Source: Psychrobacter sp. DM4
GTDB taxonomy: Bacteria > Pseudomonadota > Gammaproteobacteria > Pseudomonadales > Moraxellaceae
DNA length: 32,000 nt
NCBI RefSeq assembly: GCF_051307035.1
Contig: NZ_CP195536.1
Coordinates: 1,710,001 to 1,742,000 of the forward strand
Reading direction: 5' to 3'
The position numbers were made by a program, and so were the translations under genes. This document shows, piece by piece, positions 18,637 through 27,679 of this stretch. The number at the start of each line of letters is the position of its first letter. Within the stretch, counting starts at the first letter, position 1. Below the pieces are notes generated by a model. That model was not told the origin of the DNA. It ran no database searches and was given only the letters and a program-made list of their open reading frames with translations.

Positions 18637-18764
18637 AGGACAACCTTAGAAGCAGCAAAAGTATAAAAGCGAAAAGGTAAATAAAATAGCATCGGCTATT
18701 AGAAATAAGGTTTAGGCCAAGCGCTTATTTCGTTTAGAAGTATAACTGATTTTATGGGTTTCAT

Positions 18765-18816
18765 ATCTTAACCTAAAAAACGCTAAGAGACCTCCTAGCG
18801 TTTTTTAGGTTAAGAT
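18765..18816 (-). terminator. Long perfect hairpin (21-bp stem), probable terminator of the ABC transporter operon
   Basis: ATCTTAACCTAAAAAACGCTA (18765-18785) and TAGCGTTTTTTAGGTTAAGAT (18796-18816) are perfectly complementary, with a 10-nt loop. The inner A6/T6 arms give terminator character on either strand. It lies 44 nt downstream of the ATPase stop. A second small hairpin sits at 18824-18841. Confidence 0.65.
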
Positions 18817-18859
18817 ACTAGATAAACCTTTTGAAGGGTTTGAGTTTTAAAATAAAGTA

Positions 18860-19789
18860 CTACGCTTTTGCACTCATAAACTGCGCGACATAATCATCCG
18901 CAGGATTGACGCGTAGCTCATTTGGTGTGCCTGTTTGTACCAAGCGTCCACCGTTTAGAATGCTAATACGCTGACCGACTTTGACCGCTTCATCGATATC
19001 ATGGGTGATGAACACAATCGTTCTATTAAGACGCGCTTGTAGCTCAAGTAACTGATCTTGTAATTGCGCCCGAATCAAAGGATCAAGCGCCGAGAACGCC
19101 TCATCCATTAGCAGGACAGGCGTATCCATCGCCAGCGCCCGTGCTAGCCCAACGCGCTGCTGCATACCACCAGATAATTCATCAGGGTAGCTGTTCTCAA
19201 GATTGGGTAGTCCGACCTCATTTAACCAGTGACGCGCGATATCATGACGCTCGCTTGTGCTCATCTTGCGTACTCGTAGTCCATAGGCGACGTTTTGCAT
19301 AACGGTCATATGCGGCATCAGACCAAAATGCTGAAACACCATACTGACGGTCTGCTGACGATAGTTCTGTAGTGCCTTGTCATCCAATTCTAAGATATTG
19401 ATAGCTACGTCGGATATGGTGGCTGGCGAGTTTAAATTCTCAGTATTTGCCAAGCTTTTGGCAAATCTATCGTTTGATACCTCATCATTATTTAAGGTGG
19501 TATTGGCATCAATCGACGTATCTACCCATATCTTACCTGAGGTTGGATCAATCAAGCGATTGAGATGGCGTATCAAGGTTGATTTGCCAGAACCTGACAG
19601 CCCCATGATGCAATGTAGCTCCCCTGCTTTAATCGTAAGATTGATATCATAAAGCCCAACTGAATACCCTGTCTGCTTTTTGACCTCAATGCTATTCATA
19701 CCATCCGCTAACAAAGCTAGCGCCGACTCGGATTGACTAGGGCTGGCGTTATATATCTTACTGATGTTTTCTAGTTGAATATGATTCAT
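18860..19789 (-). CDS. Quaternary-amine (glycine betaine/proline/choline type) ABC transporter ATP-binding protein, without a CBS tail
   Basis: Walker A GLSGSGKST, signature LSGGMQQRV, Walker B LLMDEAFSALD, H-loop ITHD, and OpuAA/ProV-like flanking sequence. It ends shortly after the ABC domain at 309 aa. Confidence 0.9.
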   Translation of the reverse strand: MNHIQLENISKIYNASPSQSESALALLADGMNSIEVKKQTGYSVGLYDINLTIKAGELHCIMGLSGSGKSTLIRHLNRLIDPTSGKIWVDTSIDANTTLNNDEVSNDRFAKSLANTENLNSPATISDVAINILELDDKALQNYRQQTVSMVFQHFGLMPHMTVMQNVAYGLRVRKMSTSERHDIARHWLNEVGLPNLENSYPDELSGGMQQRVGLARALAMDTPVLLMDEAFSALDPLIRAQLQDQLLELQARLNRTIVFITHDIDEAVKVGQRISILNGGRLVQTGTPNELRVNPADDYVAQFMSAKA

Positions 19790-19821
19790 TACTATTCTCT
19801 ATTGTGAGTACTCAGAACGCT

Positions 19822-21801
19822 CTACCCTATATGCCGGCGACGCGCGTGGATTGTTTTTTGACGCGCGCGGCGACCTTGACCAAAAGCTTGGGTGATACGG
19901 TCGATGATAATCGCCATAATGACAATCGCAGTACCCGCTTGCAATCCTTGACCGATATTAAGCGTTTGGATAGATTGCAACACATCCTCGCCTAGACCTG
20001 GCGCGCCAATCATCGACGCTAGTACCACCATTGCCAGCGACATCATGACCGCCTGATTGACCCCGGCCATAATGCTGGGCAGCGCTTGCGGTAGCTTGAC
20101 CCAGATGAGCAGTTGCAAATGAGTGCTACCAAATGAGCGACCCGCCTCGATCATCTCATGATTGACTTGAGTGATACCCAGCGTCGTCAGGCGAATCAGT
20201 GGCGGCAAAGCATAAATGACCGTCGCAAACAGCGCGGGCACCTTGCCAATACCGAATAGCATCAACACAGGTATCAGATACACAAAACTTGGCATCGTTT
20301 GCATGACGTCAAGTATCGGGGTGACTATCTTGCGTAGTATCTGACTTCCTGACATCGCGATACCAATCGGGATACCAATCACAACCGTCACCAGTACTGA
20401 TACAATCAAGAGTGCTAAGGTATCGACTAAAGCGCCCCATAATCCAAACGCACCAATCAAGAACAGCCCCGCGCCGCAGGCGAGAGCAAACCATATCTTA
20501 CGCACCCCAAACCACGCTAATATCGCAACAGCTGCGATAATAAGCCATGGCGGAATAATGGTTAAAACGCGCTCGATAGGGAGTAACAAATAAGTCAAAG
20601 TGACGCTACTAATACTACGAAAAACATCGCCGTATTCTCTAACTACGGTTGCCAGCGCCGTATTAAGCGAGTCCTCAAGTGACCATGAGGGAAAGCTTGA
20701 TGATAGCGCCAGTAAGCTATTGGTTGGCGCTGCGGTATTCAAAGGCGTATTAGCATCGGTATCGCCCGCGCTACCTTGTGCAGCGTTTATACCCAAAGCT
20801 ATCGCTAGGTTGTTTGCTGCTTCAGCTGACATCCACTCTTGCCAGACGCTAGGGTTTTCACGCAAGAACACCAAAGCTTGCTCATCGCCACTGCGCTTGT
20901 TTTCACTCATCGCCAAAATAGCGCCATTGAGCTGCTCAGGGGTGAACTGTACTTTTTTATAAGCCTCACTCAGCTCAGGGGTATCATTGATAAAAGGTGT
21001 TGAGGCAGCGATTTTGAGTGGTGAAACCGGAAATCCTGAGACACAATTAGAAGTACCATCTGCGAGCAACAAGTCTTGCCAGCACTCATCAATATGTTCA
21101 GGAAAGGCAATAGGTGCAAAATCGTATTTGGCGATCAAGCCCGTTGGCTGCCAGTAATAAAAAAGTAGTGGTTTACGCTGCTCAAATGCAGAGGCAATCT
21201 CGGCATCGAGCGCCGCACCTGTCCCTGGATGCGCATTGTTAAAGACACTATCCAAACCTGTGTTTTTGAGCAAGCGCGTATTAAAGATCTCACACGCCCA
21301 GCCTGAGGGACAGTTCATAAACCGCGAGCGTTTTGGGTCTTCTGGGTCTCGGAACAGTTCAGCGTATTTGGGCAGATCCTCGTAACGTCGCAGACCCGGA
21401 TTGTCATCGATGACGTACTGCGGTACATACCAGCCTTGTGTCGCGCCGCCCTCAAGCGTATCGCCAATGACCGCAACTTTATTGTCAGTGATGGCTTGCT
21501 CCATGATGGGTGAGCGCCCTACCCACTGCTCACTTATGATCTGAATGTCGTTTTGCGAGAGTGCCGTTTCAAGCGCAGGACCTGCACCAGGCACTTCTTC
21601 AACTGCGCAGCCATAACCACTTTCGGTAATGTATTTGAGCACACCTGTTGTGAATTGACCACTCTCCCATGTCAATGCGCCAAACTTGATCGGTGTATCA
21701 CAAGTCGCTGAGTTCGTAGCTGCAGAAGCTGTCGACATCGAGACGATCGACCATACAAATGAGCTTAGCAGTAGTAAACTAAGTGCAATCCATTGGCGCA
21801 T
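19822..21801 (-). CDS. Fused substrate-binding protein / permease of a quaternary-amine ABC transporter (ProX-like domain N-terminal, ProW-like domain C-terminal)
   Basis: Signal peptide (MRQWIALSLLLLSSFVWSIVSMSTASA), a ProX-like domain of about 330 aa, a low-complexity linker, then a polytopic permease with an EAA-type loop (EAGRSFGSTHLQLLIWVKLPQALPSIMAG). ATG 21801 has AGGA 6 nt upstream; the ORF-track start is TTG 21807. Confidence 0.88.
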   Translation of the reverse strand: MRQWIALSLLLLSSFVWSIVSMSTASAATNSATCDTPIKFGALTWESGQFTTGVLKYITESGYGCAVEEVPGAGPALETALSQNDIQIISEQWVGRSPIMEQAITDNKVAVIGDTLEGGATQGWYVPQYVIDDNPGLRRYEDLPKYAELFRDPEDPKRSRFMNCPSGWACEIFNTRLLKNTGLDSVFNNAHPGTGAALDAEIASAFEQRKPLLFYYWQPTGLIAKYDFAPIAFPEHIDECWQDLLLADGTSNCVSGFPVSPLKIAASTPFINDTPELSEAYKKVQFTPEQLNGAILAMSENKRSGDEQALVFLRENPSVWQEWMSAEAANNLAIALGINAAQGSAGDTDANTPLNTAAPTNSLLALSSSFPSWSLEDSLNTALATVVREYGDVFRSISSVTLTYLLLPIERVLTIIPPWLIIAAVAILAWFGVRKIWFALACGAGLFLIGAFGLWGALVDTLALLIVSVLVTVVIGIPIGIAMSGSQILRKIVTPILDVMQTMPSFVYLIPVLMLFGIGKVPALFATVIYALPPLIRLTTLGITQVNHEMIEAGRSFGSTHLQLLIWVKLPQALPSIMAGVNQAVMMSLAMVVLASMIGAPGLGEDVLQSIQTLNIGQGLQAGTAIVIMAIIIDRITQAFGQGRRARQKTIHARRRHIG

Positions 21802-21983
21802 GAGCAATCCTATTTATGGTTCTAACTATGGTTTTAAAAATGCCTGCTTATAATAAAAGATAATAAAATGATTTATGTCTTAGCTTTATCACCCTTAACG
21901 TGTTGATTTAAAGTGTAGCGATTTAGCATAAAGATAACAAATGCTTATTTAACCAAAATATAGCGTCTGGTCTTATTTTTCAC

Positions 21984-22015
21984 AAAAAAAGCGCCTATAT
22001 CTATAAGCGCTTTTT
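21984..22015 (-). terminator. Intrinsic terminator after the aldehyde dehydrogenase gene
   Basis: AAAAAAAGCGC...GCGCTTTTT around a TATA-rich loop. On the minus strand the GC stem is followed by a 7-T run, 24 nt after the stop. Confidence 0.65.
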
Positions 22016-22038
22016 GTTAGTAACGTTTTAAGAGTGAT

Positions 22039-23502
22039 CTATTTTAAGAACATACCCATAGCTTTTTTGAAGAAGCCGCCATAAGGAGGTAATAAGAAAT
22101 TCATACCATTAAGCTTGGTCTGTACAAACACAGGCTTCATATGGCTTAAACGCTCAAAGCCCGCTTTGCCGTGATAAGCGCCTGTACCTGAATGTCCAAC
22201 GCCGCCAAATGGCAAATCGTGCTGTACGACATGCAAGATAACCTCATTGATACACAAGCCGCCTGATACTGTATTTGAGCGCACTCTATCAATGTCGCTA
22301 TTATTATCACCAAACACATAAAGCGCTAGTGGACGAGGACGCGCGTTTACAAAGCTAATGGCATCATTAAGCGTCTCATAATGCATGAGCGGTAGTACAG
22401 GTGCAAATATCTCATTCTTCATGACATCACTACCAGACGTCGGTTCAACGACCACAACTGGCGGCATCAAACGCGTTTCGGTGTTTGAGCTGATATCGGT
22501 CAATGGATAGACGCCTTGACCTTGCAAGCTATCGATGTAACCTTGTACACGCTTAAATTGCGAACCATTGATAATCCGCGAGTAATCAGGATTGTTCTCG
22601 ATATCTGGGTAGTGCTTATCCATCCACTCTCTAGCGAGCCTAATAAACTCGTCATGATGCTTACGCTGAATCAATACATAATCTGGCGCAATACAAGTTT
22701 GACCGGCGTTTAGCGTCTTACCCATCATTACGCGATTGACCGCCGCTTCTAAATTGGCACCTTCTAATACAATCACAGGTGATTTGCCGCCAAGCTCAAG
22801 AGTAACGGGCGTCAAATTAGGTGCGGCGGCGGCCATTATCTTTTTGCCAACCGCGGTAGAGCCAGTATAGAGCAGATGATCAAACGGTAGCTTGCTGAAC
22901 TCTTCGGCAATCTCAACTTCGCCTAGCACCACAGAAACCATATCGGGCGAAAAATAATGCGCGACTAGTTTTGCAAACGTTTCTGCAAACTTAGGCGCCG
23001 CTTCACTCATTTTGATCATAATGCGATTGCCTGCGGCAATCGCATCAATCATCGGTCCTATTGCCAAAAACAGTGGATAGTTCCATGGCACCATGATACC
23101 GACTAGTCCTAAAGGCTGTGGCTGAATCTCATTGTGCGCGGGACGATACAGGGCAGATATCGGCATACGCTGCGGCTTCATCCACTTTTTGCCATGCTTT
23201 TTGGCATGGCTGATACCCGTAAAGCTTGGAAACAGCTCAGCGAACTGCGTCTCAGACTGGCTGCGATAGCCAAAATCTTCGCTAATAGATTTGGAGATCT
23301 GTTCTTGATTATCACTAAGCAGCAGCTCAAGATTATCAAGCTGCGTCTCACGCTCATACCAGTCATTCATCGGCTGGCTACGGCTAAGCGCTTGCATACG
23401 AGTAAACTGAGCTTGCATCTCTTCAACGGTATTGATAATGCTCATAGTACGACCTGTGTGCATCTGTGTATTATCTTGAGTAATTACATCATTATCTGTC
23501 AT
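22039..23502 (-). CDS. Aldehyde dehydrogenase, ALDH3/coniferyl-aldehyde-dehydrogenase-like
   Basis: ELGGKSP glutamate motif and catalytic Cys in NAGQTCIAPDYVL (ALDH3-type rather than BetB-type). 487 aa. SD AAGGAAG lies upstream of ATG 23502. Confidence 0.9.
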   Translation of the reverse strand: MTDNDVITQDNTQMHTGRTMSIINTVEEMQAQFTRMQALSRSQPMNDWYERETQLDNLELLLSDNQEQISKSISEDFGYRSQSETQFAELFPSFTGISHAKKHGKKWMKPQRMPISALYRPAHNEIQPQPLGLVGIMVPWNYPLFLAIGPMIDAIAAGNRIMIKMSEAAPKFAETFAKLVAHYFSPDMVSVVLGEVEIAEEFSKLPFDHLLYTGSTAVGKKIMAAAAPNLTPVTLELGGKSPVIVLEGANLEAAVNRVMMGKTLNAGQTCIAPDYVLIQRKHHDEFIRLAREWMDKHYPDIENNPDYSRIINGSQFKRVQGYIDSLQGQGVYPLTDISSNTETRLMPPVVVVEPTSGSDVMKNEIFAPVLPLMHYETLNDAISFVNARPRPLALYVFGDNNSDIDRVRSNTVSGGLCINEVILHVVQHDLPFGGVGHSGTGAYHGKAGFERLSHMKPVFVQTKLNGMNFLLPPYGGFFKKAMGMFLK

Positions 23503-23793
23503 TTGTCTTCCTTGTCATGTCTAGAGTAAGTGAACCCCAGCCAGTGTGAGCCACTGTCAGTTGCTGTTTAATGTAGCGCAAGCCTATCGCAATGAAAAGT
23601 GTATTTGGCGTACTGGCAGGTTTGTATAGTAGAATAAAACGAGCTAAATGATGAGCTGTCGTTTGTTAGAGCTGCTACAATCGGTGGTGACCATCCTTAT
23701 TAATAAAGTTGCTCATTGTTGCTGTTATCTCTCTTTATTAGGGCTATAAGCGCAATTTAAAGCGCGACTTCGGTAACCACAAATCTTAAGACT

Positions 23794-24570
23794 GTGACGA
23801 CTATGCAAAATAATATGCACCCTATTAACGACGCGCTAGTGACCAATTCGTTATCAAAAGCTGATTACGTAGCGACCCATGAGGCAATGCTGGCGCGTAC
23901 CCTTGAGCGCATTGAATTAAAAAAGCACACGCAGCGCACCCCCGACGAGTTATGGATAGTCGATCATAATGATGTCTATACTTTGGGGCAAGCGAGCAAA
24001 AAAGAGCATATATTGCAGCAGACAGATACCCCTATTATCCAAACCGATCGCGGCGGACAAGTCACTTGGCACGGGTCTGGGCAACTGGTGTTATATTGGC
24101 TATTTGATTTGGACAGTTTGGGCTGGAGCGTACGCAATCTCGTTTCTCATGCCGAGCAAGCGCTAGAAGATGTGCTTAATGACTGTCTGATATCTGCTCA
24201 AAATAAAAATCACATCAGTGCTCATGCACGTAGCGATGCTCCAGGCGTTTATCTATATAATAGTCACTTATCGAACCGCTCTGCTGACGACGATACGATT
24301 ATGCTCGGTAAAATTGCCTCACTTGGGTTCAAGATTAAACGCGGCTTTAGCTATCATGGTATTGCACTTAATCTAAATTGCGATTTGTCCGCTTTTGATG
24401 CTATCAACCCTTGTGGTTATGCTGGCATGCAAATGCTACGTTTGGCAGACTTTGCCGCTATGGACGCCAATTCATTAAGTTATGAGCAAGTCACTCAACA
24501 ACTCATCGATAATATCGCCAAGCGTCACGCCGGCCATATTCAGCTGCGTCCTATTGCAACTAAATCTTAA
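23794..24570 (+). CDS. lipB: Octanoyltransferase (lipoyl(octanoyl) transferase) LipB
   Basis: RGGQVTWHGSGQLV, GKIASLGFKIKRGFSYHGIALN and the PCG catalytic Cys motif. GTG 23794 or ATG 23803 as start. Somewhat longer than the roughly 213-aa E. coli LipB as I recall it. Confidence 0.9.
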   Translation: MTTMQNNMHPINDALVTNSLSKADYVATHEAMLARTLERIELKKHTQRTPDELWIVDHNDVYTLGQASKKEHILQQTDTPIIQTDRGGQVTWHGSGQLVLYWLFDLDSLGWSVRNLVSHAEQALEDVLNDCLISAQNKNHISAHARSDAPGVYLYNSHLSNRSADDDTIMLGKIASLGFKIKRGFSYHGIALNLNCDLSAFDAINPCGYAGMQMLRLADFAAMDANSLSYEQVTQQLIDNIAKRHAGHIQLRPIATKS

Positions 24571-24747
24571 ACGCTTAAAACTCGAAGCTCTAAATCATAA
24601 TTTATTCTTCTGAGTCCTATTTTGCATAATATCGTGCCAGCTTAGACTTAAGGGATACAACAAAATCCAATCCAAACTTGTTATACTCGCAAACCGTAGT
24701 AACCCCTTACCCTTTACTTATAAAAACATATTCATTAGGAGCCCCTT

Positions 24748-25278
24748 ATGGCAGATTTTAATAAAATTTTGGACGCAGGTGATGTAGACGGCGGAATTAT
24801 CAACGTTGTGGTTGAGATTCCAACCGGTAGCAGTCACAAGATCGAGTGGAACCGCGAGCTGGCTGTGTTTGAGCTGGACCGTGTTGATCCGCAGATTTTT
24901 GCCAAGCCTTGTAACTATGGTTTTATCCCGCAAACGCTTGACGAAGACGGCGATGAGCTTGATGCGCTAATCATTACAGAGCAGCCATTGCCTACTGGTA
25001 TCTTCTTAAAAGCTAAAGTTATTGGCGTTATGAGATTCGTTGATGACGGCGAAGTTGATGATAAAATCGTCGTCGTTCCTGCTGATGACCGTGATACAGG
25101 CAATGCTTATAACAGCTTGGATGACCTTCCAAAGCAGTTAATCAATCAGTTACAGTTTCACTTTAGCCATTATAAAGATTTGAAAAAAGCGGGTACAACC
25201 GTCGTTGAGTCTTGGGGCGATGTAAATGAAGCCAAAGAAATCATTAAAGAGTCTATCCAACGCTGGAAAGATATGTAA
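24748..25278 (+). CDS. ppa: Inorganic pyrophosphatase (family I)
   Basis: 176 aa. Conserved YGFIPQTL..DGDELDALI and DDKIV regions. Strong SD AGGAG. Confidence 0.95.
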   Translation: MADFNKILDAGDVDGGIINVVVEIPTGSSHKIEWNRELAVFELDRVDPQIFAKPCNYGFIPQTLDEDGDELDALIITEQPLPTGIFLKAKVIGVMRFVDDGEVDDKIVVVPADDRDTGNAYNSLDDLPKQLINQLQFHFSHYKDLKKAGTTVVESWGDVNEAKEIIKESIQRWKDM

Positions 25279-25311
25279 GCCTTCGGTTTTTTGTTAGACG
25301 TTATCAAATTT

Positions 25312-25340
25312 ACCGCAATTATTTTGATTGCGGTTTTTTT
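25312..25340 (+). terminator. Rho-independent terminator after ppa
   Basis: ACCGCAAT (25312-25319) pairs with ATTGCGGT (25327-25334), with a 7-nt loop. A T-run continues from the stem end to 25340. Confidence 0.7.
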
Positions 25341-25451
25341 GTGACTAAAATTGAGTGCTACAAAGTTACTTTTGAAAAATTACTCTTAAGAAGCAACTCT
25401 TAAAAATTTGCTATAATAAAGTGACGCATATGACGCTTGATAAGGATGACT

Positions 25452-25925
25452 ATGTTTAACCCTGATGCCTCTTCAAAAAACACTAGCGCCAAGCAAAAAA
25501 AATTACCTAGATCGGTCATTATGATGATCGAAAAAGGCAACCTTGTGATGGCCATCAAAGATTTGGCGCAAGATGAAAACATAAGTATGGACGCTGCTAA
25601 AGCGCGCATTGATGCTTATGATACCGCCCTAAAAAACAAGCAGCAGCAAAAGCTTAATAGCATTGCTAGCAAGCAAGGTATTCCCAATAGCGCGCTGAGT
25701 TTTGATCAAGAGCAATCGGTAGAAGGATTTGATCCGTTAACTAAAGATCGCGTTAAATCGACACCTCAAGAGCAAGGCTTTAAGAGTCTGCAACGTGGGG
25801 TTGCAAGTCAACTGGATGATATAGGCTATAAAAAACCTATCATCCCCTACCTTGTTAAACGCGTGCTCGTAATCGTGCTTATCATGGCGGGACTATTTTG
25901 GATATTGTGGCGCGTTTTTAGCTGA
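25452..25925 (+). CDS. Hypothetical tail-anchored membrane protein with an L7/L12-C-terminal-like helix motif
   Basis: ATG 25452 has TAAGGA 5 nt upstream. GNLVMAIKDLAQDENISMDAAKARID resembles the [25 protein letters not shown] pattern of ribosomal protein L7/L12. One C-terminal TM (VLVIVLIMAGLFWILW). No function can be assigned. Confidence 0.55.
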   Translation: MFNPDASSKNTSAKQKKLPRSVIMMIEKGNLVMAIKDLAQDENISMDAAKARIDAYDTALKNKQQQKLNSIASKQGIPNSALSFDQEQSVEGFDPLTKDRVKSTPQEQGFKSLQRGVASQLDDIGYKKPIIPYLVKRVLVIVLIMAGLFWILWRVFS

Positions 25926-25969
25926 TACCATAGTACGTGACAAAATCACATTTGGTAAGGATATGACAT

Positions 25970-26001
25970 AAAAAAGGGAATGCCGATGCATTCCCTTTTT
26001 T
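25970..26001. terminator. Bidirectional terminator between the hypothetical gene and the convergent SDR gene
   Basis: A6, then GGGAATGC (25976-25983), loop CGAT, GCATTCCC (25988-25995), then T6. Perfect 8-bp GC-containing stem. Confidence 0.7.
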
Positions 26002-26017
26002 ATTATGATATAGGCAA

Positions 26018-26905
26018 TTAGTGATATTCACCTGGTAAGATTTTGGCAAAGGCGCGCTGAGCTAGGTTAGGTTTAGAGTCTGTAGTAAGCGCTGCATCAG
26101 AGCTTGGGAAGATGCGATAACCGATCGACTGAATACCGACGTTGATTGCTGGCGCTAAGGAGTAAGTCGCTGAGGCAAATTTACCCATATTACTGGCAAT
26201 GCTATTGGGTTTGTCTACGATCGCCCGAGCTATCATGAGGGCAGCTTCGTTAGGCATCAGCGCTGGCATATACTTATAAAGTTTAGTCGGTGCGATCATA
26301 GGTGTGCGCACGAGTGGCATAAAGATATTGGTAATCGTGATATTATCGCCTTTAACTTCGGCGGCTAGGCAGCGACTAAAAGCATCTAGTGCAGATTTTG
26401 AGGCGACATAAGCTGCAAAACGTGGACTGTTTGCTTGTACGCCGATCGATGAGATATTAACGATTTGACCGGATTGCTGCTCTATCATACCATGCAAGAA
26501 GGCGAGAATAATTTTGACTGCGCCGAAATAGTTAATGTCCATCGTACGCTCAAAGTCATGAAAACGATTGACTGACTCGTGGACTGAGCGGCGAATTGAT
26601 CGTCCTGCATTATTGACGAGTACATCGATATTACCAAAGTCCGAATTAATCTGTTCGCTGACCTTTTCGATATCCTCCATGTTTGTCAAATCACACGGAT
26701 AATAGCTGGCTTTGCCGCCAAGCTCTTCGATGTTCTCTTTGACTTTTTTTAGCTTCTCTTCTGTACGTGCCAACATAATAACGTGTGCACCGCATTCACT
26801 TAACAAATAGGCGGTGCGCTCTCCGATACCACTTGACGCCCCCGTAATGATGATGTTTTTGCCTTTAACAGACTTACTGATAGTTCTCTTTGAGGGATTG
26901 GCCAT
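26018..26905 (-). CDS. Short-chain dehydrogenase/reductase (SDR) family oxidoreductase
   Basis: TGASSGIG cofactor motif, NNAG, and the YxxxK active site (YVASK). 295 aa. SD AAGGA. Confidence 0.9.
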   Translation of the reverse strand: MANPSKRTISKSVKGKNIIITGASSGIGERTAYLLSECGAHVIMLARTEEKLKKVKENIEELGGKASYYPCDLTNMEDIEKVSEQINSDFGNIDVLVNNAGRSIRRSVHESVNRFHDFERTMDINYFGAVKIILAFLHGMIEQQSGQIVNISSIGVQANSPRFAAYVASKSALDAFSRCLAAEVKGDNITITNIFMPLVRTPMIAPTKLYKYMPALMPNEAALMIARAIVDKPNSIASNMGKFASATYSLAPAINVGIQSIGYRIFPSSDAALTTDSKPNLAQRAFAKILPGEYH

Positions 26906-27292
26906 GAAATATCCTTATTGTTGGGTGGTTATCGATACATTAATGTTCCCTATTAATGCGTAGATTTAGCATAACAAAGATGAGCACTGCTTACTGCTCA
27001 AACCGCTTTATTTATTTATGAGTAACCTACCTATTGTTGTTTGATGACTAAAATTTGTCAAGTCTATTGTTAGACTGCGCAGACGAGAGGCACCATTGGA
27101 TTTATAGAAGGTGTTATATAGAGCAGTTATCACTTTGTAGTGACTGTATTTGTTCAATATCTGTTCAACAAAAGCAACTCACCCTAATACCGTCAGCATT
27201 ATCTGATAACATATCATTTCTTGGGAAGGCGCACGTTTATCTCAAAAACGAGCTATCGCTAGCCCTTATTTTATTTAATAAAGGATCGTATT

Positions 27293-27679
27293 TTGATAGA
27301 AATGTTAGCCCACTATATAGACTTAATCGCCAAAATTGTAGAGATGATCGGAGTATTGATCATGTTTTTTGGTCTGTTTTTTGCATTTTATAAAGCCTTT
27401 CGTGACACGCGCGGATTTACTCACGATACTTATGTTGAAATCAGACAAACGGTTGGTAAGTCGATTTTGTTAGGACTTGAGGTTTTGATCGCAGCAGATA
27501 TTATGGCAACGGTCGTCACAGAACCGACTCTACGAGACGTACTTATACTAGGCTTTATCGTTCTTATTCGTACCTTTTTGAGCTTATCACTACAAGTTGA
27601 GTTAGAAGGTCGCCTTCCTTGGCAAAAAAAGAGCGAAGCATCTCCACCTCAAGCGCCTGTACCGATAAATAAGGATTAG
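27293..27679 (+). CDS. DUF1622-like small membrane protein
   Basis: 128 aa with hydrophobic segments and the region ILLGLEVLIAADIMATVV...LGFIVLIRTFLS, which I recognise as DUF1622-like (from memory, not searched). TTG 27293 with AAAGGA upstream, or ATG 27302. Confidence 0.7.
   Translation: MIEMLAHYIDLIAKIVEMIGVLIMFFGLFFAFYKAFRDTRGFTHDTYVEIRQTVGKSILLGLEVLIAADIMATVVTEPTLRDVLILGFIVLIRTFLSLSLQVELEGRLPWQKKSEASPPQAPVPINKD

Noticed and set aside
18702-18731. 8-bp inverted repeat GAAATAAG...CTTATTTC upstream of pncB as a possible NAD-regulator operator
   Set aside because: Stems of this size with a variable loop are expected several times by chance in the window. I cannot match it to a known NrtR/NadR/NiaR consensus from memory.
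21920-21931. 12-mer GATTTAGCATAA shared with 26963-26974, both upstream of minus-strand genes and readable as TGCTAAATC extended -10 boxes
   Set aside because: Dozens of 12-mer coincidences are expected in 32 kb. The implied -10 hexamer TAAATC matches TATAAT at only 3/6 positions. The distances to the two start codons differ (about 110 versus about 55 nt).
27055-27393. 112-aa ORF in the 387-bp SDR/DUF1622 spacer, overlapping the DUF1622-like gene start
   Set aside because: TTG start with no SD. Cys/Ser/Leu-rich, implausible sequence. Overlaps the better-supported gene by 100 nt in another frame.
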